Source: Massalongia carnosa (Eukaryota). From it: a stretch of 64,000 nucleotides of DNA. The stretch covers positions 124,001 to 188,000 of the forward strand of contig OZ287086.1 in assembly GCA_965645245.1 (NCBI GenBank), given 5' to 3'. Made by a program: the position numbers and the translations under genes. The notes under the pieces were generated by a model. That model searched no databases. It saw only the letters and a list, made by a program, of their open reading frames with translations, and was not told the origin of the DNA. Every line of letters starts with the position of its first letter. The stretch's first letter is position 1. Shown piece after piece: positions 37,066 through 46,794 of the stretch.

Positions 37066-37703
37066 GCCGAGCTTCCCCCAGCAAGTCCTGAGAGCTTCTC
37101 CCACTTGCCCACCTGCATCGCCTGTTCTAGATTTGCAGATGTGGAGTTGGCTTTTGACGAGGCTAAAAAGCTAACCAAGTCAGTTTAGGAGCTTGTCCAT
37201 TTGAGATCCCGTTTGGGTCCAACCTGCATTTAGTGATAGATGTGTGGTAGATGTACAGGTCTTATGTGAACGACTAAGATATGTTCAGCCTTGAACACTA
37301 TGCCTTTTATTAAGTAGAAAGATACGCCTCGACTTCCATCAAACTCAATCATGACATAACCCGAGTCTTTCAATAACGGCTGACAAGATGCAACAATTTA
37401 ATGTCCAGCAATGTTCGGAGCGCTATAAGGTAAGATATCATGTCATCGTATATCACAAAGCGGATTAGTCATCATAACATTCAAGTCGTATTTGCGAGTG
37501 TTTTTTAAATCATTTGAGTTTCGTTTCGCTAGATAGTCTGGTACGAAAAAGATGTTTTTCCTCATCACAAAAACTTCAAGGATTCATAATGTCGGCTCAG
37601 TAAAGAAATAGTTGGGAATTAAACATGTAAAGGGCGCCTGACTTCGTTTTATCTCGTTGCATTTCCGCCAAGCCTCGCACAACTTCTAGCTTTTATTGAT
37701 ATC

Positions 37704-39728
37704 ATGTCGCAGCCTCTCGACACAACACGAGACCAATTTCGTTTGGTCACGATCTTGCCTCTTGGCCCAAATATATCCGATTCAGCACCAGTAGAATGTC
37801 ATCTGATGGCATTCTCTCTGACTGACGAGTTCTTAACGCCAGCGTACAGGCAATACTTGATCGATAAGGATGCGCCTGGAGCGTGGAACAATTCCCAAAT
37901 TTCTTCAGAGCTACCTCGTCATAAGGATGACCTTGACGATTGGATCCACGTTGCGCATCCTGATGACAATGCGACAACCTTTCTACCAGAATTTCGCTAC
38001 GAATGGGGGGACTACCTGGCTCTCAGCTATACATGGGGTGACCCAACTAACGTCCGCGAGATTCTTGTCAATGGCCAGTCGCTGATAATTACGCAGAATC
38101 TTGAGGCCTGTCTCAGAGCACTTCGGAGAAAGCATTACGTCAAAAATGGATGGAGGTTCTGGATTGATGCCATCTGCATCAACCAAAAGGACATTGTTGA
38201 GCGCGCAGGTCAAGTCAAAAGAATGCGTGAGATCTACACAAAAGCGTGGACGCCAATTATTTGGATCGGAGAGGAGACAGAGGATAGCCATGTTGCATTA
38301 GACCTTATAATAACACTTGCCAGCGAATACACGTCACGAGATGGGGTGAATCGATTGACAAAAACTCTCCACCAGAATCCACAGCACTTCGGCAGTGGTC
38401 GTTGGCGTGCCTTGAACGATATTGTGTGCCGCCGGTACTGGAGGAGGCTTTGGGTCCTCCAAGAAGCTACTCTAGGTCGAAACTCTAGTCCTGTACTTTG
38501 CGGCAACAGAACGCTCCCCTGGGTTCATTTCGCCGGTGCCTTCAATTTGATTTGCAATACGGATGAGGTCATCAATACGTTCATCACCAACGAACTCAAA
38601 AGCGCTTCTCGTCCCCTCGATCTCGTAATATGGTCTAATTTGAATAAGGTTATTGAGATCCAGGCTTTTCAAAAGTTACGCTTGGAGGGTGGGCGACCAA
38701 ACCTATTCCGCTTGCTATATTTCAGTCGTACTGCCCTATCTACTGATCCACGTGACAAGATCTACGGTCTCTTGGCTCTGATGGACGATTCATTAGCTAG
38801 TCTAATCAAACCGGACTACACTGAGACAGTAGAAAATGTATACCGTTCTTTTACACTCGACGCGATGAAGGCGACCGGATCTCTCGATATGATAAGACAC
38901 AGCATACCCAATACGGACTCCGCGCTTCCATCCTGGGTGCCGGACTGGGCCATTGAACGTGAGAGCACAGTCCTGACAATTAACGACAATGCCTTTGCCA
39001 CCAGTGGATCATCTCTTGCTTCAGTTCAAGCTTTGGCAGACCCCCAGTCAATCTCATGCAAAGGCTTTATTATAGACCGCTTTGATGGCATGGGCTGCCG
39101 GTGGACATGCGGTTGGTCTCCCGACTCAGTAGTCCCGAGCAAAGTTAGATCAAACCCCTACAATACCTTCGAGAAGATTCGTGAAGCGATCTGGAAGTCT
39201 ATGGTGGCGTGCCATCGCCTCCCCAGCGAATATTTAGGGTTAGATGCCGATTATGGCTCGCTGTTGGCAACACCGGTTCTGGCTACGGCAATCTTATCAG
39301 AACACAGCCCGATCAAGGACCTTGTAGGCAGTAACGTATTTGACTGGTGTGTAAAATTCCTGAAAGGCAACGCAGATTTCCATGTAGCAGGAAGGCGCAT
39401 GGAAGAATACTTCTGGAAGGACGTTGAGCCAGAGAAGATCGATGTCGTGCACCTGAGAGACGCACTGATGCAGAGAGATAGGGTAAACTTGGGAAGGAGA
39501 CTAGTCACCACGGAGAGAGGGCATGTTGGTATGGCACTTGAGACTGTGGAGAGAACTGACGTTGTGGCGGTGTTGCTGGGATGTAGCACACCCATGGTGC
39601 TAAGGCAATTCCAAGGAGATTCTGGATGCCTTAAATGGAAAGTCGTGGGAGAATGTTATTTGCATGGAATTATGAATGGAGAAGCTATGGAGTGGGGGTT
39701 GAAGACCCAGGATATTGTGTTGTGTTGA
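37704..39728 (+). CDS. HET-domain (het-6-like) heterokaryon incompatibility protein
   Basis: Intact 674 aa: YLALSYTWG, WIDAICINQ, ERAGQVKRMREIY, YWRRLWVLQE, TDPRDKIYGLL, LPSWVPDW, VVGECYLHGIMNGE. Confidence 0.93.
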   Translation: MSQPLDTTRDQFRLVTILPLGPNISDSAPVECHLMAFSLTDEFLTPAYRQYLIDKDAPGAWNNSQISSELPRHKDDLDDWIHVAHPDDNATTFLPEFRYEWGDYLALSYTWGDPTNVREILVNGQSLIITQNLEACLRALRRKHYVKNGWRFWIDAICINQKDIVERAGQVKRMREIYTKAWTPIIWIGEETEDSHVALDLIITLASEYTSRDGVNRLTKTLHQNPQHFGSGRWRALNDIVCRRYWRRLWVLQEATLGRNSSPVLCGNRTLPWVHFAGAFNLICNTDEVINTFITNELKSASRPLDLVIWSNLNKVIEIQAFQKLRLEGGRPNLFRLLYFSRTALSTDPRDKIYGLLALMDDSLASLIKPDYTETVENVYRSFTLDAMKATGSLDMIRHSIPNTDSALPSWVPDWAIERESTVLTINDNAFATSGSSLASVQALADPQSISCKGFIIDRFDGMGCRWTCGWSPDSVVPSKVRSNPYNTFEKIREAIWKSMVACHRLPSEYLGLDADYGSLLATPVLATAILSEHSPIKDLVGSNVFDWCVKFLKGNADFHVAGRRMEEYFWKDVEPEKIDVVHLRDALMQRDRVNLGRRLVTTERGHVGMALETVERTDVVAVLLGCSTPMVLRQFQGDSGCLKWKVVGECYLHGIMNGEAMEWGLKTQDIVLC

Positions 39729-40366
39729 CGGTTCTCACATCTATGCTGAATTAAATACTCATCGTCTAGATCAGTCTATATGCTGCGCTGCTGTTGAGGT
39801 AGCCCATGGAGGCTACCAGATGATGCTCTCCCAATCAGTTGCTTCAAACATCGAGATGTCAAAAATCAACCCCGATCTTACTTCCATTAGGTTTGCTTGA
39901 TTCTTTCGCTTTTGCCAGAAACCACTATAAGTAGTTCGTAAAAGCATCTGTAATCGCTATGAAAATAGAAAGATCTAGCATGCAGATCTGGTGAGAAGCT
40001 TGAATCGAGCAAAGATAGAGCAACATTTTTTCTCCTACGTTCGCACTTGAATTCTACTGCATACATAATCTCAAATTATCTACATCATCGGGAAATCGGG
40101 AGATGACTAATAGATCTTGATGATCTATGACCCTTATCGGTGCCGTTACCTTCGCTTGCGCTGGTGGGGGCTTTTAATTGGATGAATTGATTTGAATGCT
40201 TGAATTTGATTGGGCATGGGAACGACACAGGTCAGCCCGGGCAGGCCTAGGCACGTGACTCGGGGTCGGTGCTGAGGTGAGAACCTCATCTTCTAGGCCC
40301 GAGGCGTCTGCTGACGCTCAACGATCCGATAGATGATGCCCGACGGCAGTGCCCGACGGCGATGAT

Positions 40367-41530
40367 CTAGATGGAGGTGCCCGGCGGCGCTCCGGATCGA
40401 TGCCCTGGTTGACCTGTACGCCCAATGGAATGCCCAATTGAGTAGGGGTAGGAGTTTGTAGGATTCGTCTCGGCGACGACAGCACGTGGGACTGCCAGAG
40501 GGATGCCTTTTTGAAAACTGAGGTTCAAATTGAATAGTGAGGCCTGGGACGTCTGAAAGTATAGCTGAAACGCGTTTGATGACCATCTTCCGAGTCTCTG
40601 AATACTCTCGTCCAGCATCCCGTGGTCGGCGGCGTGTTGTGCTGCTCCTTTTCTGAAGCTGTGTCCCGAGTATGCCGATTCGTTGATGCCGGCGGCTATC
40701 AGTCTCTTTTTCAGGGATGCTCTGACGGAGGCTCTGGTGAATGCGGTGCCGAGACGAAAAAGCGGGGATGTAGATGGCTGAGGATCATTTCTGAAAAGAC
40801 GCCGTAGTGCTGTCACGGGGCAAGTGCTCTCATTGGTCGCTGCCAGCACTATCTGAACTCCTGAGTGATTTGTGTCTGTTTTGCTTCTTTTGAGACGTAA
40901 TGTCGCGTATTGATCGTTCTCGGCGAATGAGATGTCACCTCGTGTAGGTTTCAATCTCTGAAAAGATGTCTTCTTACGATCGGCGACAGTGTCGGTGATT
41001 TCCCCGAGTCTGAGGAACCCTGCCCATGCAACTTTGAATGTCGCGTCGATGTTGAGGTCTTCGGCCGAATGAGCGGGAATACTGGTGATTTTTGTCAGTA
41101 ATTCTTTTGAAATGGGTAGGCGTCTTCTTTTTGTCTGAGAAAAGATCCTTTTTCCCCCTTTCAGCATCAATTGAAGTCTCGGCCCCTCGAATGGGGTGAG
41201 GCCGTATCCTCGGTCTACATGGTATGATCTGAGGCCGGCGAGGTAGCTCGCTGCCGTCTCTGGTTTTATCTTTCCCTGCTTGGGTGTGCCGCCCCCGTAT
41301 AGTCGACCGGCTAGCCATTCCTCGAGGGACTCGGTTGTTGCAGGCCACGACGTGCGTCCCGTCGTCGCGCAGAATGCCTCGTATGAGTCGATCGCCGTCC
41401 CGTACCCTTTTCTCGTGTCCGCCGAGTGTCCGTGCCAGACGAGGCGTTTTACCAGGGCTGACCCTGGTGTGGAGGATAGGTAGGTGGAGGGAGGTTCATC
41501 GAATTGTATGGGTTCTGCCAATGAGGGCAA
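40367..41530 (-). CDS. Tyrosine recombinase of element B (no early ATG)
   Basis: FLRLGEI, LKRSKTD, CPV, GHSFRKG, GRWSSNAFQLY give the R-K-H-R-W-Y catalytic set. Confidence 0.93.
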   Translation of the reverse strand: MPSLAEPIQFDEPPSTYLSSTPGSALVKRLVWHGHSADTRKGYGTAIDSYEAFCATTGRTSWPATTESLEEWLAGRLYGGGTPKQGKIKPETAASYLAGLRSYHVDRGYGLTPFEGPRLQLMLKGGKRIFSQTKRRRLPISKELLTKITSIPAHSAEDLNIDATFKVAWAGFLRLGEITDTVADRKKTSFQRLKPTRGDISFAENDQYATLRLKRSKTDTNHSGVQIVLAATNESTCPVTALRRLFRNDPQPSTSPLFRLGTAFTRASVRASLKKRLIAAGINESAYSGHSFRKGAAQHAADHGMLDESIQRLGRWSSNAFQLYFQTSQASLFNLNLSFQKGIPLAVPRAVVAETNPTNSYPYSIGHSIGRTGQPGHRSGAPPGTSI

Positions 41531-43194
41531 AAGTTAGCCAATCTTTCATCATCAAAACGTGACAGGGCATCTGCTAGTCCATTGGAAGTGCCACTGATCC
41601 ATTGACAACGTAGTACGATGTCCCACTTTGCAGCTATGGACAGTATTTCTCGTAGAGGCGCGTTGGCCGGTCCCTTGAGGGTTAGATTCGTGAATCCTGT
41701 GTATGCTGTGTTGCTGTCGGTAAAGACAAGGATCTGTCGATGTCGCCATGTCGGCGCCCATTTCTGAAGGATTAGAGGGATAGCCTCGACTTCTCGGACG
41801 TTTATGCTCGGTGATTCTTCCTGATTGACTAGGACTCGGGCCCTACATGCGTTTTTTTGATTCACGAGCTCGTTGTCTTGTTGAAAATAGCCTCCGAGAC
41901 CCGTGAGGCATGCATCCGTATGCACCTTGATCGTGTCTCGTGTTGACGTCTCGAAGAAGACAATACCGTTGAAGTCCACTAAAAGTTTGTTCCACTAGAT
42001 GAGATCCTGTCTGACCCATGTGGGAATTCTTCTTTTGACCCGACGATGACTGCCCGAGGGAAATGAGGCTATAAAATTCCAGAATAATCGTAAGAAGACT
42101 CGGCCCAATTTGACTGCCTGTGCGCAGAAGCTTAGGAAGCCCGCTATTGACTGCATGTCGCCGAGGCTGATTGTCGTCTCGTTTAGTGCCTTTGTAGTGA
42201 TGATTCTCGCTTTTTCCAGCTTGTCCGCTGGCAGACGAATAAGACTGTTGATGGTGTCGACCTCGAGTCCGAAGACTGTCGCTGTCGTTCCCTCGGCGTC
42301 TTTTGAGTCGTTTCTCGGGATGCCGAGAATGTCGGTGAGAATGTTGTAGGCTTTTGTTTCTTGGTGCAATCGTTCTGACGATGTCTCGGATGGGAAAATT
42401 GCAACGAAGTCGTCTAGATAGTGATGTAATCTCCATTGTAGAAAGGATTCCAAAATCCAATGAAAGCCTTCCGCAAAAAGATTGAAGATGAACGGGGCCG
42501 TCGACAGTCCGAACGAAAGGCATGTCTCGGTGTAGAATTCGTCATTCCATCCGAAACCCAGAAGCCATTGATAATGAGGTGCGACGGGAACGTTTCGAAA
42601 GGCGTCTTTGACGTCTCTTTTCACTATGACAGCACCTTTGCCCTCTGACAGAATCAATTGAATAATGTCGTCGAGTCTGGCGTATTGTAATTTGGATGCC
42701 TCTTCTGGAATGTTGTCGTTGACTGATGTTTGATTGGGATGAGACAGATGATGAATGCGTCGTCATCCTCCGTCATGTTTCGGGACCAAGCCGAGGGGGG
42801 AGGCCACAAATGGCTGACTCGGGGCGGCTATTCGTCTGACTCGGCCCTTCCTGAGGTCCTCTTGAAGCTTATTCTCGATCGTTTCCGGGTCCTCATTCGC
42901 TGATGTCAGATTTTTTTCGATCCGAAGGATGTCTGTGGGGCCTTCGTATCCGATTTGTACTCCGAAACGAAGGATCATGGGCAGATGGACTCGGAGGGGG
43001 CCCGGATACTCTTGAAGTAGGGTTGCCCATGCGGACGGTACGAGGGGAGATGGGCTGTCTTTCAAACGCTGACGAGATGCGTCTACGAGTTGAAACGAAG
43101 GGATTGTATTTGGTCTGATTGGTGCAGGTAAGCAGGGATGGGACGTCATGAATTCAGCTATTGAAGCTATTCTACTGCCTCCTGCACCAACCCC
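41449..43194 (-). pseudogene. RT-RNase H (pol) of element B, one frame with two Trp>stop lesions
   Basis: ORFs 42763-43149, 41995-42657 and 41449-41979 share one frame. Stops at GG*RRIHHLS and DLI*WNK. YLDDF, HTDAC, NGLADALSR. Confidence 0.9.
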
Positions 43195-44232
43195 CTATTT
43201 CTTCGTTGGGCATGTCTTCTGGCCATGCCCAGCCGCGCCGCACGATTTGCATTTGTGCTGTCGGTAGCACGACGGCCAGGTGCAGGTGCCGCTGTTGTAC
43301 TTGTCGCAGATTCCCCCCGCTGCCTTCTCGGCCCTCTCGGCCCTGTCTCCTCTCGGGGTCGGTCGTCGGGACGGCGGGGATCGTGAGCGGCGACGGCGTA
43401 GGACTGTGAGGGGGGTGCAGAATCGAGCTTGGACTTCGTCGGGCATTTTCCATTGGGATGCGTCGGATGGCTGAGACGCGATGATGTGGGTGTGGGTTTC
43501 GATGGCGAGGGGGAGGACTGCTTCCTGCCACTCGTACACCTTGGCCAGCGTGAGGATTTTTCCGTGGAATGCCGACATGGTGGCGTGAAGCTGTTGACTC
43601 GATTTCCCGAAAAGACTGACCATGATCGAGGTGTAGTTGATGAAGCTCTCGGTCCAGACGTCATGAACTGTCTTTCCGAAATCTTTGTAGGTCCCGGATG
43701 CCTTTCTCAACCTCAAGGCGCCGTCTTCGATGCCGATGCGGTCTTGATCCTTGTATGACTCGTATTGCATGCCGTGCATGTGTCGGAGGCGGGAGAGGTT
43801 GATGGCTTTGAATTTATTTGAAAAGATCTTGATGATCTCGTCCTGTGGTAGGCCGGCGAAACGGGGTGCTATACTTCTTACTTCGAGAGGGATCTCACCT
43901 AGGTCCTCGTCGTCATCGCCGACGACACGACTCGGCTTGCCAGCAGGAATGACGGCCGCTATTCGGGCGTCAGATTCTCGGCGCATGCAGTCGATTTCTA
44001 GCTGCATTTTTTCCACCTCCTTCTCGGCGACCAATGCCTTGGACTCGGCAATTCTAGCCTCAGCCTCGGCCGCCTTCGCTTCCGCCTCGGCTTTCTTCTT
44101 TTGCAGGGCGAAGATTTGATTGGATTGGGCCTGCGTCAATCCGACAATCTCCTGGGGGTCGGGGACTATGTCGTCCATCAAGGTGCTTTGGGAACGGGTG
44201 TTCGTCATTGGGAGGTAGGGGCACCGAGACAA
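43195..44232 (-). CDS. Gag-like ORF1 of element B
   Basis: Coiled-coil N-terminus, core homologous to gag A, C-terminal CDKYNSGTC...C...H.C..C....H finger. Confidence 0.85.
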   Translation of the reverse strand: MSRCPYLPMTNTRSQSTLMDDIVPDPQEIVGLTQAQSNQIFALQKKKAEAEAKAAEAEARIAESKALVAEKEVEKMQLEIDCMRRESDARIAAVIPAGKPSRVVGDDDEDLGEIPLEVRSIAPRFAGLPQDEIIKIFSNKFKAINLSRLRHMHGMQYESYKDQDRIGIEDGALRLRKASGTYKDFGKTVHDVWTESFINYTSIMVSLFGKSSQQLHATMSAFHGKILTLAKVYEWQEAVLPLAIETHTHIIASQPSDASQWKMPDEVQARFCTPLTVLRRRRSRSPPSRRPTPRGDRAERAEKAAGGICDKYNSGTCTWPSCYRQHKCKSCGAAGHGQKTCPTKK

Positions 44233-44337
44233 CGTGAGGTCGACGACGAGTCAGTGAGATTGGAAAAGCAGCAAGCACTGACAGCGAGGTAGGGGCACCG
44301 AGACAACGTGGGGTCGACGACGAGTCAGTGAGATGGA
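44212..44337. repeat. ~52-bp direct repeat (2 copies, 74-bp period) at the start of gag B
   Basis: GAGGTAGGGGCACCGAGACAACGTG(A/G)GGTCGACGACGAGTCAGTGAGAT at 44212 and 44286. Confidence 0.9.
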
Positions 44338-44894
44338 TGAGGCCGAGTGAGAAGAAGTGAATGAGGAAAGAATTTTCAGAGGGTGATTCTTAATTTACTT
44401 TGACTCAGGGGCCTCACGTGACATAGAACCATCTCATCTTTTCTGCAGGCTTCTTGTGTTTCGCTTGTTCGAGCCACTTTTTTTTCTGTCTTCGATAACC
44501 GCAGCAGTTTAGAAGACATGAGTTTGTAATGTGATTATAAGGAAAATTGGTTGCAAGTTTACGAAGTGAGAGTCATTTGAAACGAGCTTGATTAAGGCCC
44601 CGTTTGTGTACAGCGTAGATAGCCCGCTTCCTCCGGTAATTTTCGACGTTACACCATACACTTTTGGTGGTGTTTTGTCCGCCATGCCGGCATTTTTGGA
44701 CCAATTGTACGATTCTACTCTTGAGGCCGTTTTTTTGGGCCATTGCCTCCTACGCAGAGGATTAATAACGATATACAGTTCAATTCAAGGAATCGGCGCA
44801 ATGCGTCAAGTCTCTACGGCGAGTAATGGATGGAGCAACTGCTCGATCAGCGCCATACGAATCGATCTACGACAACCTTCGCATGGATCGCGAG

Positions 44895-45530
44895 ACGACA
44901 TCTTTGCTGTCTCTACGTTCGACCTACAGTTCAGCTACGTTCTTGCTGGATGGGAGGGCTCTGCGCATGATGCGCTAGTCCTTAAGGATGCCGTCTCCTA
45001 TCATGGATTGAGGCTCCCTCCAGGGAAGTACCTCCTTGCGGACGCTGGATACTCTAATACGGAGCACACCTTGGTGCCGTTTCGGGGCACGAGGTATCAT
45101 CTCAAGGAGCAGAGGCTGGCTGGAGAAAGGTAAGATCTACAGTCTATATGGATGGTGCTAATGGTCTATAGGGCCAATCGTCCAAGGAGCTGTTCAATCT
45201 CCGCCACTCCTTTCTCCACAACGTCGTCGAACGGATCTTTGGGATCTTTAAGAGGAGGTTGAAGATTCTACGGAGCGCGCCTGAGTACCCAATACGGTCT
45301 CAGGTTCACCTAATCTACGCTCTAACCGCAATACACAACTATATACGGAGGAAGCTGGGCAGGAGGCGCTGGAGACTGGGCTGGGTGCGGAGGAGCTTGA
45401 CCTTGGCGCACACGAGGGTCAAGAGGCTACAAGAGAAGGATCTATGTCAACAAGGATGGGCAGACTACGGGATGAAATGGCAGAGAGGATGGGGGACTAC
45501 GTGGATGTGGTGTTTGCGGGGGAGGATTAG
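44895..45530 (+). pseudogene. PIF/Harbinger DDE transposase, C-terminal fragment
   Basis: VLAGWEGSAHD, YLLADAGY, YHLKE, intron 45130-45171, ELFNLRHS..HNVVERIFGIFKRR, IHNYIR. Confidence 0.85.
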
Positions 45531-46794
45531 GATATATTATAGATCTATAGAAGTTATTGAAGTCATCATAGCCTTTATAATGACCTTTTTGTCTTCCGCG
45601 CTCTTGAGACTTTTAAAAAACAGTTGCGTTATTGAGTACACTGGGAATGGCCTCACGGAGGCGAAAAAGGAGGATATGACTTTATCAGGCTATGCGGCGA
45701 CAAATGCCATCTACGGCGTATCCAAACGCGGACTAAATTCTTGATTATGCAAGCTAGTTAACTTAAAGTAAAAGGCAACATTACGCGAAAAAAAACTCAG
45801 TCTCACCCCGATCCTCGCTTAGAGACTGTCAACCTGCGAGGAGAATACTATGGTTAGGTTAATATCGTTTTTTGCCTAACTAACTAGTTGTTGATCAATG
45901 AATGCAAACTTACTTCTTTAATGGAAAAGATCCCTTATCGCAATGCTCTTCTCTCCGCTTGATTCATATGTTTTCTGTGCTTTTACTATTCTGCTATGTT
46001 TCCTCTTTCCTTCTAAGATCATTAACTCTGTGAGATGCATATGTCAATATCTCTCTGATACTGAAGAACTAATATTGATAACTGTGAAGTTCACATACTT
46101 CTCCGCTTCTCCAGGATTTTTCTTGTAACTGACTTTCCTGTCTTTGCATTTAGTGTCGATTCCTTGAACTCTCATAATGCTAATCCGAGTTTTCATGTTC
46201 CGCGATGACAATATCTAATCTACGTTAGATAAAGACATTGAAGACAATCTTTTTCTTTCACTCGAAGTTCTCTGGAATGTTTCAATGCGAAAAAGCTAAC
46301 AATCTTCCAGAAGAATCGGCTGGAATTCAAGCAGATCGAATGATAAAAAGCACTGCTAGCTTGCTACATTGATATCTCTCAGTCACAAGCTCCTCCCTTT
46401 CTTCAGATAGTATCTCGCTCCGCGCATAATTCTCCTCAAAAGAAAACAGAAGACTCTCCTGAAAAGCAGCTTCATATGAAGCAACGCCGAAAGAAATCAT
46501 GGCTGAGGGAGGACTTGATATCAGGAAGGGTTTCGTGGCTACCTCCAGTAGTCGTATGACATTCTCGTGAGATTTTCTTAATGCCTTCAGCGACTTGTCG
46601 TTAACATTACTCTTCTCCTCATTATTCAACAACCACTGCAACGTTTTCTCGTAACCTTTCCTCAGTGCCTACAGCAAGCTGTCGTTTACGTTCGCCCCTT
46701 TATCCAACAACCACTGTACCATCTTCTTATAACGTTCCGATGATGCCGCCTCTATCGCGCTATAATTAAAGGTGTATCCTCTTTCCAATCAACG

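Larger units (their letters stand above)
40200..44450 (-). mobile_element. Tyrosine-recombinase (DIRS/Ngaro-like) retrotransposon B
   Basis: gag, RT/RNase H, YR order. Boundaries are approximate; no TSD, as expected for YR elements. Confidence 0.92.

Noticed and set aside
40367..41530. Starship captain or phage integrase
   Set aside because: The YR overlaps an RT-RNase H ORF in DIRS/Ngaro order and is short.
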